Positions 37,301 through 46,300 of a stretch of DNA of 59,688 nt are shown piece by piece. Position 1 is the stretch's first letter; the number at the start of each line of letters is the position of its first letter. The position numbers and the translations under genes were made by a program. The notes beneath the pieces are model-generated. The model was not told the origin of the DNA. It did no database searches and saw nothing but the letters and a program-made list of their open reading frames with translations. Location: IMG/VR virus record IMGVR_UViG_3300036399_001256, positions 1-59,688 of that record; one strand, 5' to 3'. This stretch comes from a virus. Taxonomy: Duplodnaviria; Caudoviricetes.

Positions 37301-40300
37301 CGACTTCCGAAGAGCTCGACGCACTTGCCGCCTACATTGGCTGGGGAAGCTTCGGCCAAGAACTTTTCCAAGGCTCATGGGATCGACCAAACCCCAAGAA
37401 CGAATGGGAGAAAGAAAGTGAGTGGCTTCGCGATCACTTAGGTAAAGAGGGATGGGAAAGCATCCGTGATTCGATCATCAACGCCCACTACACGGACCCG
37501 CCGCACGTAAAAGCCCTTTGGGATATTGTGCAGCACCTCGGATTCCAAGGCGGACGGACACTTGAACCATCTATGGGGATTGGCAATTTCTTCGGACTGA
37601 TGCCCGACATCATTCGCTCCAAGAGCTCGCTCACCGGAATCGAATTGGATCGGGTTGTCGGAGGAATGGCGAAAATGCTCTACCCTGACGCGAACATTCG
37701 GATCATGGGTTACGAGAAGAGCGCCACGGCGGACAATTTCTACGACCTCATCATCGGTAACTGGCCTTTTGCTAAAGACGGCCCCAGCGATCCGCGCTAC
37801 AACCACCTTGGCCTTTCCCTGCATGATTACTTCTTCGTCAAGGCGCTCGACCAAGTGCGCCCTGGCGGATTGGTCATTGGGATCACATCGTCCGGAACGA
37901 TGGACAAAAAAGGCCAGGTTGCCCGGCGGCAAATGGCCAAGCGGGCAGAGTTGGTAGGAGCATTCCGATTCCCTACGGGCGCGTTCAAAGGCTACGCCGG
38001 AACGTCCGTCGTCACCGATGTCCTTGTTCTCAAAAAGCGCGCTGAGCAGTTATCGGACGCGGCGGAAGAGGATTGGATCGGTACCGAGCGCATCGGCGAG
38101 GAAGGAAGGTCTTTCAACGCGAATCTCTACTGGCGAAACAACCCGGACCATGTTCTCGGAGAAATGAAGTTCGGTAGTGGTACGACGTTCGGCCGCGCCG
38201 GGATGATCGTGAACCGCCCCGACAACTACGAGGCATTGCTTTCGGGTATCACATCTAAACTGCCCGCCGACATCTACTCGGACACACGCCCCGTGGCAGA
38301 GCGAAAGGTTTTCCAGAATCGCCAAGACGGGATGGCGCAAAACAGCGTCGTGTTTGAAAAAGGCGATGAAGTAAACCCGGAGGGATTCTACATCGTCCGC
38401 GGTGAGCAATTGCAACCACTCGGAAACCTCTTCCGGTGGGAACTGAAGGACGATGCTAAGACCGCCAAACGGGCGGAGGAACTTAAAAGCCTGTTGGAAA
38501 TCAGGGAACAGGTCCGCGCTTTGCTTGATTCCCAGCGGAACAATTCGACCGATGCGGAAAGCCTGCGGGCGGATGCGCTGAAGAGCTATCAGGCTTTTGC
38601 CAAAAAGCATGGCGGCATCGGCAATTCATTCATGATCACCGCGCTCGACAAGGCTGGTGATCCGATGGCGCTGACGCTGCGGAACCTGGAGCGGAAAGAA
38701 GGCAAGAAATACGTCCCGCGCGACATCCTCCTGAAAGACATCATGCGCCGTCAGGTGGTTGATGCGAAGGGCAACATCGAAGATGCTTACGCACTCCAGC
38801 GTAACGAAAGCACCGCCCTCGACCTTGAGCGCATCGCTGAAATGTCGGGATCTACCACGCAGGAAGTCACCGACCGACTTCTTGAGTTGAATCAGATCTA
38901 CATGACACCATCCGGGGTGTGGGAAGTCGGCGAGGAATATCTTGGCGGAAATGTCCGCCGGAAACTACGCGAGGCGAAGGATGCGAAAGAGCAGGGATTC
39001 GAGATGGATCGCAACATTGCGGCGCTCGAAAACATCCAGCCTGCCGACGTCGCCTATTTTGAGATCGAAGTTCAAATGGGTGCTTCGTGGATCGCGCGGG
39101 AGGACTATCTTGGATACGTTTCCCACTTGTTGGGGGCAGACCCGGCAAACGCGGAACAGAATTTCACCCTCGTCAAAGGATCATCGGGATGGAACTTTAA
39201 GGTCAACAATTCAGTGCTTGGCCGGAGCACCAACGCCCAAGAAAAATGGGGCGTTTCGCAACTGCCGTTCGCTAAGATTTTTCAAGCCGCAATGAACGGC
39301 ACGCAGGTCAAGGTATGGTATCCAAAAGATCAGGATGGTCGGGTAGAGCTTAACGAGGACGCGACCAAAATCGCCAACGGCAAGATCGATTCCATCCGTG
39401 AAGAACTTGCCGAGTGGCTCTGGTCCGATCCCGAGCGCACCGGGCGACTCTCCAACGACTACAACGAGGTGATGAACTCGGAAGTCACGCCGAAGCGTGA
39501 TGGTAGCCACCTGCGGCTTGAAGGACTCACTTTGTCACTTGGGAAGAGCGAATTCGATTTCCGGGAGCACCAGAAAAACGCGGTGTGGCGATTCATTATG
39601 GACGGCAAGGGCGTCGGCGCGCACGAAGTCGGCACTGGCAAGACTTTTACCATGGCGGGTCTTGCCGTCGAAGGTCGGCGACTTGGAAAATTCCGCAAAA
39701 CCCTGATCTTCGCCCACAACGCCAATTCCCAAGCGGTTTATGAGGAATTCCAGATGGCTTACCCAAACGGGAAATTCCTCTATATCAACAATCTCAGCCC
39801 GGAAAACCGTGACGCTTCCCTCCGGCAAATCGCATTGGATGAATGGGATGCCGTGATCGTTCCGCATTCGCTGGTTGATCGCTTCTCGCTCTCCGAGGCA
39901 AGTCTGATGGAGGTGGCGAACAAGCAGATCATTGCGCTTGAAAACGAAATCGCCGAAGCCCTCAACGACATTGGCTATGAAGGCGAACTTGACTTGGATG
40001 ACTCGAAGGCAGTCGCCCAGGCGCTAAAATACGTCAAGGACTCCTACACAGCGAAGGAGCTGGTCAAGCAGCGCCTGAAAATCGTCAAGCGGATCAAAGA
40101 CAAGGCCGCGAAGTCACAGGCCGACGGCGCGATTCTTTTCGAGGAATTGGGGGTCGATAACATCATTGTCGATGAAGCTCACGTCTTCAAAAAGATCAAC
40201 CTTGCCACCCGCAAGGACATCAAGGGGCTGAACAAGGTGGAAAGCGGCATCGGCTGGCAGATGGGCGCTCTTACCGACTACGTGAAGAGCCGCAACGGCG

Positions 40301-43300
40301 GAAAAGGGGTGTATCTCTTCACCGGCACCCCGCTGACTAACAACCTCAATGAAGCGTTCAACATGATGCGCTTCGTGATGGATGAGGAGATGGCTGACAC
40401 CGGCATCGACAACTTCGATGACTGGTTCAACTCGTTCGCTGCGGCGGTTTCTGATGTCGAGCTTACCACTGGCGGCACGCATGAGCCGGTGACGCGCCTC
40501 CTGTCCTTCGTCAACGTGCCCGAACTCGCTCGTCTGGCCGGACGCTACTTCGACGTAGTTCTCGCGAAAGACATGCCGGAGTTTAAGGATCGGACATCCC
40601 CGGACGGCATGACAGAGGATCCGGTCGGACGGCCATTTCGCTCCATCAAAACGGTGATTTCCGAAATGAGCCCGCAGCAACGGGTGCACAAAGAGGAGAT
40701 TCGCCAACAATACATCGCCTATCAGGCGCTCGACGGCAAAGGCAAGCGGTTGGCGATGCAGTTGGGGCAGCCAACCCCAATCACGATGGAGGGCAAAGGG
40801 ACCGCTTCCGCATTGGATTACCGCTTAGTCGATCCAGATGCCCCTGATTACTCCGGCAGCAAGGTCAATATGATGATCGGCAACGCGGTGACTCACTTCA
40901 ACGAGCACCCTGAATCCACGCAAATGATTTTCATGGAGCGCGGATTCAACGACTACACCGACCGGATGGACGCGATTCGCGGCCCGGGCGGAATGCCGAT
41001 CTATGACGATGACGGACAGATGCGCCGCCAGAAGGTGCGCCACCGTCAATTCAACCTCGCGCGGGACATCGTTGAAAAACTGATAGCGCAGGGAGTCGCC
41101 CCGGAGGAGATCGCCATCCTTTCCAATATGAGTCTCGACACGATCGAGTCTCGACCAAATGACCCGCTCCGCAAGGTGCTCCGTGTTTCCGCCAAGTTGA
41201 CCAAGGCTGAAATCGCCTCGCTCGCCAACGAGGGCAAGGTCCGCTTCATGATCGGCGGCACCGAAACGATGGGAACCGGCGTCAACGCGCAACGGAACCT
41301 TCGCGCCATGCACCACCTCGATGCACCGTGGACGCCGGGTGCGCTCGAACAACGAAACGGTCGCGGATGGCGACAAGGTAACCGATGGAACACGGTCAAC
41401 GAATACCGATACTTCGCCGAGGGATCGCACGACGGCCGGCGCTGGCAAGTGCTGTTGAATAAGGTCCGCTTCATCTATCGGTTTACCCAGATGCTTTTGA
41501 ATGCCGGTGGGGAAAGCAATCTCCGAGTTCTCAGCGGTGATGGCGCGGACATGAGTGAAGGTGGATCGAGCGTTGCTGATTTCGAGCAATCGTTCTCAGC
41601 GGCCGCCGGTGACCCTCGCCTGCTTCTCAAGGCAAAGCTCACCGCAGACGTTGATAAACTGGAGCGTCGTCGGGACACACATTTCAGATCGATCGAGAAG
41701 GCCCGCCAATCCATCGCGGAGATTAAGCGGGAAAAAACATCTGAAGGTGCTCGACTTGAAAAAGCCGGAAAAGTTTCCGATTTCTTCAAAGAGACGTTTT
41801 CCAAACCATTCGAGTTTGAGCTACTTGGCAAAACCTATACCGAGCGGAAAAAGGTTGAAGAAGCGATGGCGGCGTTGCCAGTGATGTCAAAGACCGACGA
41901 CAAGCGGGTTATTGGCAAATACAACGGCATTGATTTGTTTGTCGAATGGCACCCGCTTAGAAGTGCTCCCGAGTGGTCAATTCGGACAACCCTCGCCGAT
42001 GGACGGGTTCACGAAATCGGACTTGGATCGCAAAGCCTTGCGTCACTGGAAGGCACGATGCGCGGGTTCATGCGGAACGTCTCAAACAGCATTGAGCGAT
42101 TCGGTGAATACGACAAGTCGATTGCCTCGCTTTCTGAAATGCTCGACAAGCCATTCACTCGCCAACCCGAGCTGGATGGTAAGCGCAAGTCGCTACAAAT
42201 GATCCAATCGGAACTGGCGCAATCACCTTTCCCAGCGCCTTCTTGGTTGCGGAATGGTGCCCCGGCGGGATCGCTGGTCTATGTCAATGGCGAGGCCCGC
42301 GACGTTGGTGCTCATCGATGGGACAAAACGGGATATTGGCTCTTACTCGAATCCGAAGCCGGGTTGGTGCCCATTGATTACCGCAAGGTCAAAGACGAAG
42401 CTGGGAACGCCTTGTTTGAAGAGCGCCCGTTCGAGTCTCCGCCAGATGCCAAGGAGCTTACCGAAGACGAGATTCGCGGTGCTCTTGGTGGGGAGTTTTT
42501 CCTGGCCAACCCGGACGACACTTCCGCCAGCGGTGATGGCTGGCAAGTTTCCGGGCTTTTCGGCGACATCGGAACTTGGCGGATTTACAACTCCGACGGT
42601 GACATTCTCGGACAGGGAGATACTGCCGTTGAAGCGTATCAAGACTATCAAGTAAGAGGGACGACTGAAAAAAATGGCCTTGTCGATAGCCCCCCCATGG
42701 AAGGGTGGTTGTTTAATTCCCCTCGCTACCGCAAAATCGAAGGTCGATTGATTGCTCTTCGCCGACTGCTTCCAAAGGCCGAGTCAAAACTGGAGCGATT
42801 AGAGGACATGAACATTCAGCGCATGTCTGACGAAGAGGAGGTCGCCCATGAGAAGAGCCTTTTCAACGCTCGCCAACTGGTTAAGTCCATCGGCCAGCAG
42901 ATTGCGAAGTTTGAGCGCGAGAAAATGGAGGACGCCAAGGCTGGCGACCCTCAGTCCCTCCGCACCTCCCCCCTCCCACGCCTCCGCACCGACTCCCCAG
43001 AGTGGAAGGCGATGAGCAAAGCGGAGCGGAGGGCGTATCTGGAAGCGCGCAGTGCTCCGGAATCCAGTGGACAACGTCGCCAAGGCAATGCAGAATCCGA
43101 GTATGAAATCGACGCCAACACCGGCATCAGGTCAATCAAAGCCAATGGTATTCGCGAATGGAATGAAGTTGCTGGCAATCTCGCCCGCCAAGCGGCAGGA
43201 CTTCTCGAAGGCAAAAGACCCGTGGGTTCGGAAAATGGCGTCCCAGGGCCAGTCACGGAAAGTCTGAAGCAAAAACTTGCGTCGATCCTTGAGCACGACC

Positions 43301-46300
43301 ACGGGGCGGAATCTCTTGTCAGGATCGTGCGCGGAGACGCTGTTTATCGGTTCTTTCCGGTTGAGGAATCAGGCATCCGCCCGCTTGTGCTTCAGTGGCG
43401 CGCCGCTCCCAGGGGGTTGATCCTGTCCAATGCAGCAAAAGGCAATGCAGCCACCATTGCTGAAAGAGCGATGATTGCCAACACCCTGCCAGGCTTTCGT
43501 CCTGAAGAAATCATTGCCTTCTCCAGCGAGGCAGTCGTCACAAGATCGCCAGAAATGCCAGATGAGGCGGGTGAAGCGGAGATTGACCGATGGCTTGGCG
43601 AGCACGGTTATCCATTTGCTGTTTTCGGAGAACGAATGGCGATTCTTGTCAGTGTTGATGGCCAAAAATGGCTCGTCGATGACCTACATGAGGAAAATTT
43701 CCGCATTGCTGATGACGGCAAGGTTTACGTGACAGACTTCACTGCCGCTCGCGTCACGGATGCTGATGCGTCGAGGATTTTTGCCGAGCAAACCCTTCTG
43801 GATGCTGATGATGCTTTGCTTGCTGGTGACCTCCCACCCGCCCAAGAAACCGCCGCCAACATCGAATCCCTCCGCATCGACGCCAACAAGCGCATTCCGC
43901 GCCCATTGGTCGATGAGGCACGCGCCCAACAGGAAGCATTCGGCAGCGGGGCGGTGGGCGTGCCGCGTCTCGCCAACCCCGGCGACTCCCGCCGGTCGCG
44001 TGATGAGCAGGATATTGTTGATTCCGTTTACACGCACCGCGCCCAAGTTCGCGAAGATCGGTCGGTGATCGCCGAAGCTCGCCGCCGTCTTGAGGAAGAT
44101 CCCGCCGGGGTGGAAGAGAAGGTTCTACAGTCAGCATTTGGTGGGATGATTTCCATTGATGATGCGGACAGGGTCGCTGCCCGCATGCTCATCAACCAAC
44201 GCGCCAAAGAGGCCGGTGATGACCTTGCCAAGCATGAGGAAAACATGGCGCTTCGCATGGCCTATCGTCTGATGGGCGCGGAAATTGCCCGCATGCTCCG
44301 GATTGGTCGCGACCTCTATCAGACGCCCGAGGAGCGCCACCGGGAAATGATCGCCGACGCGATCTATGCCCCAACCCTCAAGGTCGAGAAGAAAGCCCGC
44401 GAAACCGATTGGTCGCCCGAGCGCCGCCGCGAGTTCATCCGCATGGAGAGCAAGAAGCGCATCGCGAAGATCGACGCCGCCATGAAGAAAATGGGAGTGA
44501 CGATTGATGAGGTGCTTTCGGGTGAGGCGTATCTATCACTCTCGCAAGACACCATCCTGAAAAACGCCCTCAAGCAGCGCAGCGCCGAGGAGCAGCAGGT
44601 GATCAAAATGCACCAGCGGAACACCCCGCTCGCTCGCATCAAAAAGGTGACCGGCGTGAGCGAGGCGAGGATTCAGGAGATCGTCGCCAAGATGTATGAC
44701 GAGATGCTGGAGCAGGCCCGCGAGAAAGTCCGCGCCGGTCTGACCCTCGAAAACTACCGCGACACCCTCAAAGGGTTGGAGGCTGGCGGACTCCCCGGCG
44801 AACTCACTCCCGAGCAGGAGGCGGAGGCCCGCCGCATCGTGGAAATTGGATTCGGGTTGAAGCGTGAGGTCGCCACGAAGGCAACGAAGCGGTGGAAGAA
44901 AGAAGCCGAGGAAAAGCCGGAAGACGAGGATGCCCGCATGCAAGCCACCGCCGAGAAGTGGATTGAGAAATTCGCCACTTCCCAGAGCGATACCTTGGCA
45001 TGGAAACCGAAGGCCAAGAAAAACATCAACGCCATGACGGCGCTGGTGAAGCTTCACCTTCGCAAGAGTGTCCCGGATTTCAAAGAGCGTGCCATTGAAC
45101 TCGGTGCCACTGAGGAGCAGGCGGATATTCTGGACAAGGAGATCGTCGAGGAGCGCCGCCGCGTCGCCGCCGTCAAAGCCGCCCGCAAGAAGAAGGTCGA
45201 TCCACTCACCGCCGACTGGTCCCGCCCCATCTTCACCGATGGGCTGGAGTCCTACACGTTCAACACGAAGGACCGCGCGGAGATCATGGCGCGGGTCGGG
45301 GCGATTCGTGGCATTGCGGCCGCAACCGGGAAGATCAGCACGCTCACCGGCAAGAAGCGTGATGAGGCGCTCAAACTCCTCGAAGAACTCAATGGGGTGC
45401 TCGCCAAATACGGCACCAACGCGAACGACATCTTCAAATCCGGCACGCCGGCCGATGACTACCGGTTCAACATCCAGGACCGCTACCACGTCGCCGCCGT
45501 CGCCCGCGCCATCAGCGCCATCGATGCGGACATCGTGGATAAGGGAGTTGAGTTGATCTACTCGAACATCCTGAGCGGTCTTCAAACGATGATCGTGAAC
45601 GCCACGGCCATCGTTCCCGCCGTTTACGAAACCACCGTCGCCCGCGGTTTCGAGTCTGCCGTCAACGCGCTGTTCCGTGATCCCATGGCGGCGTCACTCG
45701 GTGAGTCGAAATACATCCTCCGCGCCGTCGGACCAATCATCGCCCGTGCGTGGACCAATTCGGTGGCGACGTGGGGCAGTGAGCTTCCCATGTTCGATGA
45801 AGACTTCCTTGGAAAACCCGCCGACCTGAGCAAATTGTTCGACGGCACCGCCCCGCGCATCGGGTCGATTGGGGGACGCCGTGGGCGTCTGATCCGCATC
45901 CCCACCCGCCTCCTCCTCGCCACCGACGAGTTCAATCGCACCGCGCTGGCGTCGCTGGAGGTTGGTGCGATGGCCTATCGCACCGCGAGGGCTGCGGGGC
46001 TAAAACCCGGCACCAAGGAGTTTGATCGCTTCCTTCGCATCGAGGTCAACACCCCCGGCTCCTACTCATCGAAGCTCGCCGCGCAGAAAGCATCCCGGAT
46101 GATCTTCACCAATCCGCTGCCGGGGCAGAAAGACCCCGTCACCGGCAAGAAAGTCCCCGTCGAAGGACTTGGCGACGTCGTCGGCTTTGCAGCATCCAAG
46201 ATCAATGAGATCCTCACCGCCGACGTTGACAGCATCTTCGCCAAGGCATCTTTGGCACTCGTTCGCGTGCTGTTCCTTCCATTCCAGCGGACCCCGCTCA

